Shown here in pieces: positions 37,956 through 47,364 of a stretch of DNA of 64,000 bases. The position numbers and the translations under genes were made by a program. Within the stretch, counting starts at the first letter, position 1. Each line of letters begins with the position of its first letter. The stretch comes from Candidatus Cloacimonadota bacterium (lineage in GTDB: Bacteria; Cloacimonadota; Cloacimonadia; JGIOTU-2): assembly GCA_049903315.1 (NCBI GenBank), contig JBNGBT010000009.1, positions 51,924 to 115,923 of the forward strand, given 5' to 3'. Below the pieces are notes generated by a model that made no database searches, was not told the DNA's origin, and saw only the letters and a program-made list of their open reading frames with translations.

Positions 37956-39797
37956 TCAAAAACTCGTTTCTACTTGAAATTTGATCTGTCTTGATCGCTT
38001 AATCTTCTTCTCTTTCCAGATTTTCTCGGCATATTTTGCTTGCAATGATATGTAGGAACCTATGTCATATTTGAGAAGAATATACCCGAATACACCATCG
38101 CCCTTAAATTGTGAGTTGAGCATGACCCCATCGAGGTCGTTTTCATACATGTACAGAATAATATCGCCCGTGTGATATTGGCAGAAGCGAATATAGTTTT
38201 TTAGCTTGGGCGTTATAAAGTACTTAATTTCTTGGTAGAGTAGGGTGCCGGCATCATACTTGTCGGTATTGGTATAATGATGATAGGTGAATTCTCCCCG
38301 GAATTTAAGTTCGATCTTATCGTTGATCTTTTGTATGAAATCACATCTGTAGGTATTTCTTTTTACCTGATACAGCTTGCTCACATCATCAAAGCTTCGC
38401 CATCGCTCTGTCTGCTTGTAATGATAGGTCAGGCGTATGCGAGAAGCATTCCACTTCTGATCAAATTGAACAAAAGAATCGAAGCCATAGATCGGAAGAT
38501 TGCCGTAAGTGCTTTCCTCGGGAAAACGGAAGACATCAAAATAAACGTCCAGGCGGGATTTCGCAAGGGGACGATATGTAATGCCATAATATAATCCTCT
38601 CTCGTTATCAAAATTTCCACCAGCATGAAACGGATTACCATGAAAGGAGGGGAAATCCTTCTCATAATTCCTGTATAAAATGACATTTTCGAATGTGTCT
38701 TGCTGCCATAGTACCCCAGTGAGAAAAGCACGCTTTCCATTCGCAAGTGCTCCTTCTCCGAAAATTGTGATGTTTTTGTAGTTAAGATAATAATCTGCGC
38801 TGTAAAGATTCTGAAACTGTTTTTTTGTCGAGTCACAAAAGGGATGGTTATAAAAATCTCTGTATGCAGTAATACCAAGCGTGTTCTGGGCTCCATAACT
38901 GATATGTGTGCCATATAATTTTTCCCGAATTGCGTCCTTTTTATCCAGGTCGCTCTCACTTCGATGAAATCCAGTAATATCTATGCTTTTTATACAGCCG
39001 TTTTCAACTATTCCATCAAGGGCATAGTCAGAATAGAAGGGTATGATATGAAAATCGTACAAAGAAAAATCTCCCGCAAAACCAAATAGGGAATATGCCT
39101 CATTGGTCGAGGTGTAGGGTTTTATATCTTGATAGTGTTTGAGTGGCTGGTGTGCTGCATTTCCGCCTTTCGAGAGCGCTAGTTTGGGGGCAAAAAGTAT
39201 TCCCTGACCGAAAGATAATCTATAGTTCCCTGCTGCGAAACTTTTTATAAAACCCATTTCTTTTGCATAGAGCGTTGCGCTCCAATAGTCAACCCAATCT
39301 TTCTCCCCCTCGTCCTTTTGTGAGAGGAAGTATAATGAAAAATTCCTCCAGTTCGCTTGATATCTCTGATAAAATTTCAGTGGCGAGGTATATTCTGTAT
39401 CTTCTTTGTACTGGATCCTTTGGCGCGTGATCACATGAACTGGCGTTGGCAAATGAAATGAAATATAGGGTTGAAGTTCCTCGATAATCCCTTGTGAAAT
39501 CCCTGCTTTCTGTAATGCGGTGTTGTTTACAATTGCGTGTGTTTTTCGATAAAGAAGAATTGCATCCACGTCCTGTGGTGAAAGCCAAGGAAGCGCAACA
39601 AGTTCTTCATAATCCGCCTTGTTAATGTCGAGTTTGTGTTTTTCAAGATATTCCAGGTGCTGCTGTAATTCGGTGGAAATATAGGTTTCATCTTCCGAAG
39701 AAAAGAGCTTTTCCATCTGCTCTTCTGTGTCTTCTGCGTGAAGCTGACATACAGCAACAGCGAGAAGAAAAACGAAGAAAAAAAATTTATTTCCCAT
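37956..39797 (-). CDS. Outer-membrane protein with a ComEA-like helix-hairpin-helix domain
   Basis: Signal peptide; LDINKADYEELVALPWL...ILLYR HhH; QKDEGE, GNYRLSFGQG, NERGLYYG, YMYENDL; terminal Phe. Confidence 0.8.
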   Translation of the reverse strand: MGNKFFFFVFLLAVAVCQLHAEDTEEQMEKLFSSEDETYISTELQQHLEYLEKHKLDINKADYEELVALPWLSPQDVDAILLYRKTHAIVNNTALQKAGISQGIIEELQPYISFHLPTPVHVITRQRIQYKEDTEYTSPLKFYQRYQANWRNFSLYFLSQKDEGEKDWVDYWSATLYAKEMGFIKSFAAGNYRLSFGQGILFAPKLALSKGGNAAHQPLKHYQDIKPYTSTNEAYSLFGFAGDFSLYDFHIIPFYSDYALDGIVENGCIKSIDITGFHRSESDLDKKDAIREKLYGTHISYGAQNTLGITAYRDFYNHPFCDSTKKQFQNLYSADYYLNYKNITIFGEGALANGKRAFLTGVLWQQDTFENVILYRNYEKDFPSFHGNPFHAGGNFDNERGLYYGITYRPLAKSRLDVYFDVFRFPEESTYGNLPIYGFDSFVQFDQKWNASRIRLTYHYKQTERWRSFDDVSKLYQVKRNTYRCDFIQKINDKIELKFRGEFTYHHYTNTDKYDAGTLLYQEIKYFITPKLKNYIRFCQYHTGDIILYMYENDLDGVMLNSQFKGDGVFGYILLKYDIGSYISLQAKYAEKIWKEKKIKRSRQIKFQVETSF

Positions 39798-40581
39798 ATT
39801 GTAGCGAGATATAATGTGTTGATTGCAAGTATTCGTGGGTTTCAATTGCATATTGTATCTTAAAATTTAAAAAGGTAAATTCGCATCCTGCAGTGAACTG
39901 GTTTGGTTCTGTATGAAATCCGCTGAAGAAGCCAAAATATTTCATGGGATAATATGAAATCCCTACCCGGAAAGAAAAGGAGTAATCGAATTCTTTCACA
40001 AAACCAAATCCTGCCTGAAGATTTTCTGCAATATCGTATGCAATAAATGTTCTATTCTCTTGTGGAAGAGGATCGTTTTCCAGCTCTCCAAAATTCAGAT
40101 TCAAGTATGAGGTTGAGAACGTAAGGTTTCTGTATTCTGCCCTAAACCCAATGTCCACCTGGTATGAATTCTGGGCTTCAAACGACTGTGTTTTATCACA
40201 TAGATAGCGCAATCCTACTCCAAGCCGATAGTGCGAAAAGATTCTAATATTTGCTGCGGAAATGAAGCTTTGTTCTTTATAAATATCGTTTCCGAAATCC
40301 TGATAACCAAAACCGATAGTTATTTTTCCAAACCGATACGAAAATGCAATATTTTTGTAAGATATTTCCCTAAATGAAAATGGCATTGTGTAGGATGAAG
40401 CTGCAGAGAACTGCTGCTGCATATTTGCCGGATTTAAGAACATGCTGGCTGCTGAACCGTCAAGCAGAGACATTCCGGAAAGTGCTGCGATCTTTGCTGA
40501 CGGGGCATACTGCAAGAATGCGCCTTCAGCCGGAAGGACGATCACACACATCAATAAAATCGTAAAAAGAGTAATTTTCAT
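39787..40581 (-). CDS. PorV-like outer-membrane beta-barrel protein
   Basis: ATG 40581 follows GGAG; SAKIAALSG...FLNPA N-terminal motif; barrel strands ending HYISLQY. Confidence 0.65.
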   Translation of the reverse strand: MKITLFTILLMCVIVLPAEGAFLQYAPSAKIAALSGMSLLDGSAASMFLNPANMQQQFSAASSYTMPFSFREISYKNIAFSYRFGKITIGFGYQDFGNDIYKEQSFISAANIRIFSHYRLGVGLRYLCDKTQSFEAQNSYQVDIGFRAEYRNLTFSTSYLNLNFGELENDPLPQENRTFIAYDIAENLQAGFGFVKEFDYSFSFRVGISYYPMKYFGFFSGFHTEPNQFTAGCEFTFLNFKIQYAIETHEYLQSTHYISLQYGK

Positions 40582-40655
40582 AACTCGCTCCACGTCTATT
40601 TTTTTTCCTTTGAAATGGAGTGTTGGTTTGTGATATTTTTTGTCAATTTTTTATT

Positions 40656-40677
40656 AAAAAAACCCGCAAGGTGCGGG
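40656..40677 (-). terminator. Terminator of the tRNA operon
   Basis: CCCGCA/TGCGGG hairpin followed by T7 on the minus strand. Confidence 0.8.
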
Positions 40678-40683
40678 AAAAAG

Positions 40684-40770
40684 TGGTACCAGAGGCCGGA
40701 CTTGAACCGGCACGGGTAAAAACCCGAGGGATTTTAAGTCCCTTGTGTCTACCAATTCCACCACTCCGGC
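40684..40770 (-). tRNA. tRNA-Leu (TAA)
   Basis: GCCGGAG acceptor, anticodon loop CTTAAAA, long variable arm, GGTTCAAGTCC, encoded CCA. Confidence 0.97.
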
Positions 40771-40782
40771 ACGTAATAAATT

Positions 40783-40856
<74 letters not shown>

Positions 40857-40865
40857 AGAAAAAAA

Positions 40866-40940
40866 TGGAGCGGGAAACGGGATTCGAACCCGCGACATCT
40901 ACCTTGGCAAGGTAGAGCTCTACCACTGAGCTATTCCCGC
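40866..40940 (-). tRNA. tRNA-Gly (GCC)
   Basis: GCGGGAA...TTGCCAA...GGTTCGAATCC...TCCA. Confidence 0.97.
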
Positions 40941-41035
40941 AGTAGGAAGTAAAAAATTTTAGTCCTGCTTCCCATGTCAAGAATTTTGCACGTCTATATC
41001 ATTCGTTCTCTGCCAGATACCGATCATGCAAATCC

Positions 41036-42796
41036 TTAATATCTTAATATCGGCTCTTTATCAAAATAATATCCTAAAATTTTACCGGCGAGTATTGCTG
41101 CAATGTCCGCTCCGGATCCGCCCTGTTCCACAAAGATAAGAACGGCTATCTCTGGATCATTCATTGGCGCTACTGCAACGAACCATGCATGGGTGTCTCC
41201 ATAATAATTTTCTGCGGAACCTGTTTTTCCACCAACCATAATATCTTTTACCCGGGCCATTCCACCTGTTCTTCCCTTTGCATTGACGGCTTCATACAAA
41301 GATTGTTTCAAGAGATCAAGGGTGTTTTGCGAAATTGGCAATCTCATTTGAGGATATTTATAGGGTTCTGTGATTTCATCCCGAATTGCATAATCTACAA
41401 AATGCGGACGATGCACAATTCCATTGTTTGCTATACCAGCATAAAAACAAGCCATTGATAGGGGTGTGAGAAGCACTTCACCCTGTCCGATAGTCAGGTT
41501 CAGCAGGTTACCTCTTGTCCAGCCCAATTTCCCATAATTTTTGTCATACCATTCTGAGGTTGGAAAGAAACCTTTTCTGCTTCGGATTTGGTCAACAGGA
41601 ATGCTTTCCAGAAGATTGCAGTCTTTTACAAATTCCATAAAATCGTTAAGGTCCATCATTTCTGCAATTTTATAAAAATATGAATCACACGACTCTCTTA
41701 TTGCATCGAGAAGATTAACTTTTCCGTGCCCATCCTCTTTCCAACATCCAAAAAACCTACCCCCATATTCTACTCCTCCTTCGCAATCAACGAGATTTTC
41801 ATGCGGCTCGACAAGGTTTCTTTCTAGTGCATAAGCTGCTACAACAAGCTTAAAAACGGATCCAGGCGGGTATGCTGCGCTCATAGCTTTATTCAAGAGC
41901 GGATTGTTCTCATCCTCCACTATTTGCTTCCAATAATCCTCATTCATACCAGTAACGAAATTATTCGGATCATATTCCGGAGTGCTTACCATTGCCACGA
42001 TCCCGCCTGTTTTACAATTCATCACAATGGCTACAGCTGAAGTATCTTTAGGGAGCAGTTGTGCAATTTTTTTTTGAAGACTTTTGTCGACCGTTAACAC
42101 AAAATCTTTCCCTGGTAAAGATTGTTTTCCGGAATTTTCTTTCATGAGACCCAGTGGTTGCCCCGTTGCGTCCACCTGGATGACATCGTATCCTTTTTCA
42201 CCCTTGAGCTCCGTCTCGAAACATTTCTCCAAACCAACTTTGCCAATATAATCTGTTTTTGAATAATCTCCATCTTGGAGCGTTTGATACTCCGCAGATG
42301 ACATCTTTCCTACATATCCGATATAATGAGAGTTTAGGTCATAATATCTGATTGCTTCCGGTTTAATAATGACTGCCGGGTATTCTTCGCTGTGTTCCTC
42401 AAGCTTGATCGCGATTTCCATATCAACTTTATCCTGTACAAGAACCGGTGCAAATTTGAAAAACCTGTGTTTATAGATGAGCTCAGAAATTTTCTCTACA
42501 GGAACCCCAAGATTTCCGGACAGGAAAGCCGCGACGTTGTCTGCATCTGTAATTTCATTGATATCAATATAAACTGAAAGGGATGGTATATTTTCTGTGA
42601 GCGGCTGCATATTGCGGTCATACAGGATGCCCCTGCGGGCGGGTTTTTTTATAATGCGAAAATAATTTTTCTCGGCAATTTCTTTGTACTCATTTCCCTT
42701 TACGACCTGTATCTGAAACAAAAAATAGGTAAACATCAGAAACAAAGCCAGTACGAGAATCAATAGCTGGTCGGCTTTTTTCAGCTTCAATTTCAT
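41036..42796 (-). CDS. mrdA: Penicillin-binding protein 2
   Basis: ARRGILYDRN, GKVGLEK, YPPGSVFK (SxxK), SCD, IGQG and GKTGSAE; last gene of the mre operon. Confidence 0.95.
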   Translation of the reverse strand: MKLKLKKADQLLILVLALFLMFTYFLFQIQVVKGNEYKEIAEKNYFRIIKKPARRGILYDRNMQPLTENIPSLSVYIDINEITDADNVAAFLSGNLGVPVEKISELIYKHRFFKFAPVLVQDKVDMEIAIKLEEHSEEYPAVIIKPEAIRYYDLNSHYIGYVGKMSSAEYQTLQDGDYSKTDYIGKVGLEKCFETELKGEKGYDVIQVDATGQPLGLMKENSGKQSLPGKDFVLTVDKSLQKKIAQLLPKDTSAVAIVMNCKTGGIVAMVSTPEYDPNNFVTGMNEDYWKQIVEDENNPLLNKAMSAAYPPGSVFKLVVAAYALERNLVEPHENLVDCEGGVEYGGRFFGCWKEDGHGKVNLLDAIRESCDSYFYKIAEMMDLNDFMEFVKDCNLLESIPVDQIRSRKGFFPTSEWYDKNYGKLGWTRGNLLNLTIGQGEVLLTPLSMACFYAGIANNGIVHRPHFVDYAIRDEITEPYKYPQMRLPISQNTLDLLKQSLYEAVNAKGRTGGMARVKDIMVGGKTGSAENYYGDTHAWFVAVAPMNDPEIAVLIFVEQGGSGADIAAILAGKILGYYFDKEPILRY

Positions 42797-43275
42797 TTTT
42801 GAGTAAAGCTTAGTTTAAGATGGTCTGCGAGGTATAAAAGGAGTATTATTATAAAAGAATATGCTGAATTATAGAGAGAGAGAACGATGATCTTTCCAAG
42901 CGCAAGCGCATCGCCTGTATTAAATATCAGGAATATCGCTGATGAAAGAAAAAAATAGAACAGGTTGGCGAGGATTACCAGTACAAATCCTATCCCGATC
43001 AGCTGTCTGCTCAGTAATCTCTTGAGTCTGCTGAGGTTAAATGCTATAATGAGAAAAAGCAGGGGCGATACTCCAAATGATGAGGGCTGATTAAGGTCAA
43101 TAATTATGCCGAGGATGAATGCTAAGACAAAACCGGAAACATTCTCCCGCGTGAGGTTATAATAGATAATCAGTGGTAAAAAAAGATTCGGTATCGTTTC
43201 CCATAATCCAAATGATGCTGCAAAAAAATATTGAAAATAGACTGTGAATATGGTGACGAGAATGAGAACGATCAT
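42793..43275 (-). CDS. mreD: Rod shape-determining protein MreD
   Basis: PNLFL...AFILGIIID...FG; hydrophobic; ATGA overlaps at both ends. Confidence 0.85.
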   Translation of the reverse strand: MIVLILVTIFTVYFQYFFAASFGLWETIPNLFLPLIIYYNLTRENVSGFVLAFILGIIIDLNQPSSFGVSPLLFLIIAFNLSRLKRLLSRQLIGIGFVLVILANLFYFFLSSAIFLIFNTGDALALGKIIVLSLYNSAYSFIIILLLYLADHLKLSFTQK

Positions 43276-43952
43276 AGCTTCTCCCAAACAAGGCACAATG
43301 GCGTGAGTTCCATTTGCTGTCCCTGTGGATTATCTCCCATGATCTCTTCGAGAAGCCGGGCATTAATTCCGGCTGATCTGCCAATAACCCACGATCCGCC
43401 TATGTCATTGATATCCATGATTGCGGCTTCGTTCCCAGTTATTTCATGAATTTTCCGGCATATCTCGTCCGTATGAATAGGACCTTTGATAACAGTCTTG
43501 TTGTACGGCGTTACTGGTGATGTGTGTGCAGCATCGACAAGTGCCGCTTGCTTACCAGCAATGCGGTAAAAGAGTCCGTGTATTCCAAATAATTTCCCGA
43601 TAGCGCCGGCAATTGCCGCTATTATAATCCTAAGGTGGCCGCACTCGTCTATTGCGCACTGCATGCTTGTTTTTGAGCGCAAGCCAACTCCATATGGTAC
43701 TTTGCTTACTCCTCGCCAGAGAAGTTTTGAGAGAAGTCCGATCTTTATCTCGTCTTCCAGTACAGCCCTTCCTTGAGTGATCGCCACAGGGCTTTCGCTC
43801 ATGACGATAATATCACCCGCTTTTCTTTTTCCTTCTGTATATTCAAGTACGATATTTACAATGTCGTCTTCGGGCGTTAAAATTTTTGTTTTGATGGGTT
43901 GCCTTAAATAGATTTTCGTTTCTACTGTTCTTTCTGTGATGTTATTTTTCAT
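43272..43952 (-). CDS. F420-0:gamma-glutamyl ligase (CofE)-like amide ligase inserted between mreC and mreD
   Basis: TKILTPEDDI, GDIIVMSESPVAITQGR, FYRIAG...VD, IMDIND and DNPQGQ..E.TP motifs. Confidence 0.8.
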   Translation of the reverse strand: MKNNITERTVETKIYLRQPIKTKILTPEDDIVNIVLEYTEGKRKAGDIIVMSESPVAITQGRAVLEDEIKIGLLSKLLWRGVSKVPYGVGLRSKTSMQCAIDECGHLRIIIAAIAGAIGKLFGIHGLFYRIAGKQAALVDAAHTSPVTPYNKTVIKGPIHTDEICRKIHEITGNEAAIMDINDIGGSWVIGRSAGINARLLEEIMGDNPQGQQMELTPLCLVWEKL

Positions 43953-44709
43953 AATTTTGAATTATCGCCACTGCCTCGATATTCGCGAGATTTACATAAG
44001 GTTCTATAGCTGCCCTTGTGAAAAGTCCATCGCTGCTTTGCTCGATCTCAACGATATTTCCAAATGGAAGTTCGGGAGGGTAAATCGAGCTTAGTTTTGA
44101 GGAAACGATCTGGTCTCCTGTTTTCAGATCACTCCCGACCTTGATCTTTTCAAAATATATCTTTCCGTTCAGTTCAGTTTGTACTATTCCGTGAATCCTG
44201 CTTCTGCTGTCAATCGCACCAAGCCGGAAATACTTGTTTCCAAAGGTTTGCACTACTGCATAATTCTGGTAAACAGTGATCACTTTTCCCACAAGCCCTT
44301 TTTCTGAAATAACTGGTTGATTGACCAGAATGCTTTTATTTTTTCCTGCGTCAATAATAAGCGTCTCATAGTTGAGAAATGATCCTGTTCCTATGACATC
44401 TGCTATTAAAAATTCATAGCCGGAAATATCAATATTTTCTACCAACTCTTCGAATCTTTTACTTTTACTGAGCCCTTCCTTGAGCATTCGCAATTCGTTC
44501 TGTGCAAGAAAAAGCTCTCTTTGCAGATAATTGTTCCTTTGGTATACATTTGAGAGATTTTTTATATAGGTGATACTCGATGAAAAGGGTAATAGGATTG
44601 TATTGCCGACGAATTGCGCTTTTTCAATTCTCTCCTGATTGTTTCCAATTATAAAGAGAATTGAGAGAATAAGAAGGATGCCGAAAACGATGTTTCTTCT
44701 GGTGAACAT
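43942..44709 (-). CDS. mreC: Rod shape-determining protein MreC
   Basis: TM, coiled coil, ADVIG, IIDAG, PVISEKGLVGKV and GDQIVSS....IYP. Confidence 0.92.
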   Translation of the reverse strand: MFTRRNIVFGILLILSILFIIGNNQERIEKAQFVGNTILLPFSSSITYIKNLSNVYQRNNYLQRELFLAQNELRMLKEGLSKSKRFEELVENIDISGYEFLIADVIGTGSFLNYETLIIDAGKNKSILVNQPVISEKGLVGKVITVYQNYAVVQTFGNKYFRLGAIDSRSRIHGIVQTELNGKIYFEKIKVGSDLKTGDQIVSSKLSSIYPPELPFGNIVEIEQSSDGLFTRAAIEPYVNLANIEAVAIIQNYEK

Positions 44710-44739
44710 AGGAACTCGTATTAGATTTCGTCTGTTCTA

Positions 44740-45771
44740 TTATACTTTTGGCAAAAGGACTTTTTCGTATTCTTCGAGATTATCTAATATCTTACCACAG
44801 CCCATGACCACACTGGTTAAGGGTTCGTCAACGAGCGTCACCGGAAGATTTATTGTCTCCTGTATTCTCCTATCAAGTCCTTTTAGTTGCCCTGCGCCAC
44901 CTGTCAGCACCACCCCTCTATCAGCAATATCGGCAGAAAGCTCTGGAGCTGTTTCTTCGAAGAGGCGTTTCACTGCATCGACAATTTTATTCACGGTGTC
45001 GGCAAGCCCTTCCCTGATCTCTTCGGAGGATATTTTCATAGAAACAGGATATCCTGTGATCAGATCTCGTCCGCGTACTTCCATGGTCAGTTCATCTTCA
45101 AGAGGAAATGCAGAGCCGATCTTCATTTTTATTCTTTCTGCGGTTGATTCTCCGATATAAAGATTATGCTTCCTTCTCAGATATGCAACGATTGCCTCGT
45201 CCATCTCATCACCGCCAATACGAATAGAATTATGGTCAACAATATGAGAAAGAGATATAATCGCAATTTCTGTGGTTCCACCGCCAATATCGATGATCAT
45301 ATTGCCATATGGTTCATGAACCGGTAAACCTACGCCTATCGCTGAAGCAAGAGGTTCCGAAACAAGATATACTGTTCTTGCACCTGCGTGTTCTGCCGAT
45401 TCTTTAACTGCTCGCTTTTCAACTTCTGTAATTCCTGAGGGTACTGCAACGATCACCCTGGGTCTTATCAAGAACTTCTTCTGTTGTGATTGAAGAATAA
45501 GATGGCGTAGCATTGTTTCCGTGATCTCAAAATTAGCGATCACCCCGTCCTTCATGGGCTTGATCGCCCTGATCTCTTCAGGTGTCTTGCCCAGCATCTC
45601 TTTTGCTTTATTTCCAATTGCTATGACCTTTTTGGATTCCGTCTCCACAGCAACTACTGAGGGTTCGTTGACAACAACTCCATGCCCTTTCAGATATACA
45701 AGTGTATTTGCTGTACCCAGATCAATCGCCACATCGTTTGTTAACCAATTTAAAATAAAATCCCAAAACAT
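44740..45771 (-). CDS. mreB: Rod shape-determining protein MreB
   Basis: AIDLGTANT, EPSVVA, PMKDGVIA, TEVEKRAV, DIGGGTT and PELSADI. Confidence 0.98.
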   Translation of the reverse strand: MFWDFILNWLTNDVAIDLGTANTLVYLKGHGVVVNEPSVVAVETESKKVIAIGNKAKEMLGKTPEEIRAIKPMKDGVIANFEITETMLRHLILQSQQKKFLIRPRVIVAVPSGITEVEKRAVKESAEHAGARTVYLVSEPLASAIGVGLPVHEPYGNMIIDIGGGTTEIAIISLSHIVDHNSIRIGGDEMDEAIVAYLRRKHNLYIGESTAERIKMKIGSAFPLEDELTMEVRGRDLITGYPVSMKISSEEIREGLADTVNKIVDAVKRLFEETAPELSADIADRGVVLTGGAGQLKGLDRRIQETINLPVTLVDEPLTSVVMGCGKILDNLEEYEKVLLPKV

Positions 45772-45780
45772 TGGTACTCC

Positions 45781-47358
45781 TTAAAAAATTTCATCGCGTT
45801 TATTTATTAGTTCATAGTCTATAATTGTGAATTCTTTTTCATGAATTGAAAAGACAATATTCATACGTGCATTCTCCGGTTCTTCGGGAATATTCAAGAA
45901 GCCCTTTTCTCGAAGATCCTTGATGGTAACATCTATCATTAGATAAACAATCGGTGGGTTTCTTTCTCCAAAAGGTGCAAATATTCTGTGTGTCTCTCTT
46001 ATTCTATTGACATCGAACTGGTCTTCGTCAAGCACATAATCGATGTATATTTTCTTTGATTCCTTTTGAAGTTTTTGAATATTTTTATATTGTTCTTCTG
46101 CCAGCACCGCCAGTTTATCATGGAGCTTAGAATAAAATTTGGCGTGGCAGGTAAATCCTGCTGCTTCTTTATGACCACCGTATTGTATAAGATAGGGTTC
46201 GATTTTTTTCAGGCAGTCAAGCCAGTTGAAGCCGGATGGTGCGCGTGCTTCAGCAGTAAGAATATCATCTTCCCATTTTGTGAGGACCAGGCTTGGTATT
46301 CGATATGTGTCCGTTATGTAGGACGTTGCAATTCCAAGATATTTTACTGATATTTCTCCTTTGGAATCATAATATTCAAAACAGTGGTTCCCTCTTTTCT
46401 TATACTCGGTTTCCATGATATCTCTGATCTTTTGTGCTTCCTCTTTGTTGTCATGAACACGTTTTTTAAGAATCGAGTAAATTTCTTTGATTTCATTTAT
46501 TTTTCTCGAAAGCAGGATGTCTACCCCAAGGTGCCTTCCGTTTTCTTCCCTGCCCAATGTAAGCAAAGGAATGAGCTGCTTTACTGCTTTTTCTCTGAGC
46601 AACCCGCGTGTTTCATCTGCATAAAATTGAAAAAATGGATTTTCTGATTGTTCAAAATTATAAAAAAGGTGCTTCGCATATATTCTATTATCGTCAACGA
46701 GCCGCATTCTGTCTGCAACAGTGCCAAGCCCCACAAGCAGCGGATACACCGGCTCTGTCGGAATGTCTGTCATTTGAGATAGCACTTTAACCACATTCAT
46801 CACCACGCCTACTCCGGCAAGGTATTTAAATGGAAATCGGTCGTTTTTTTTATGTGGATCTACGATAGCTGATGCCTGTGGATGTTCCTTCATTATTTTA
46901 TGATGATCAATAACGATCGTTTTAATGCCGTTCCTTTTGAGACGGGCTATTGATCCAACTTCTGAAACACCAATATCAACAGTAATTACTCTTTTGGTGC
47001 CGTCTTCAAAAACCTTCTGGATAAACTTCTCTCGTAGACCAAATTTCTCAAATTCCCTGTCGGGTATATAATAGGAAACATTCTTCGCACCAAGTTTTGA
47101 TAAAAAAGTATACAGCAGAACCGTGCTTGTGATTCCATCAACATCATCATGCCCGAAAATCGTGATCTTATCTCCATCATGAATATTTGCTAATATCTTT
47201 CTTGCAGCTTTTCGTGAACCGCTTAAAAGATTCGGGTCATTGCACTTGTCCAGGGTAGGATTCAAGAATTTATTAACATTCTTAATCTCTCTACCTCTGA
47301 CAATCGAAGTGACAATATCTTCTGTCTGATGATTACGGAGAAACCAATTCTCTTTCAA
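45781..47358 (-). CDS. recJ: RecJ-like DHH/DHHA1 phosphoesterase (divergent, short C-terminus)
   Basis: GHDDVDG, YIPDR, ITVD, IDHH, LAGVGV, GTVAD, GGHKEAAG and PFGERNP; TTG start. Confidence 0.75.
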   Translation of the reverse strand: MKENWFLRNHQTEDIVTSIVRGREIKNVNKFLNPTLDKCNDPNLLSGSRKAARKILANIHDGDKITIFGHDDVDGITSTVLLYTFLSKLGAKNVSYYIPDREFEKFGLREKFIQKVFEDGTKRVITVDIGVSEVGSIARLKRNGIKTIVIDHHKIMKEHPQASAIVDPHKKNDRFPFKYLAGVGVVMNVVKVLSQMTDIPTEPVYPLLVGLGTVADRMRLVDDNRIYAKHLFYNFEQSENPFFQFYADETRGLLREKAVKQLIPLLTLGREENGRHLGVDILLSRKINEIKEIYSILKKRVHDNKEEAQKIRDIMETEYKKRGNHCFEYYDSKGEISVKYLGIATSYITDTYRIPSLVLTKWEDDILTAEARAPSGFNWLDCLKKIEPYLIQYGGHKEAAGFTCHAKFYSKLHDKLAVLAEEQYKNIQKLQKESKKIYIDYVLDEDQFDVNRIRETHRIFAPFGERNPPIVYLMIDVTIKDLREKGFLNIPEEPENARMNIVFSIHEKEFTIIDYELINKRDEIF

Positions 47359-47364
47359 TTTTTC

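Noticed and set aside
43272..43952. Evidence of F420 biosynthesis (cofE)
   Set aside because: No other cof/fbi genes in the window and the context is the mre operon; symbol not assigned (the rest of the genome is unseen).
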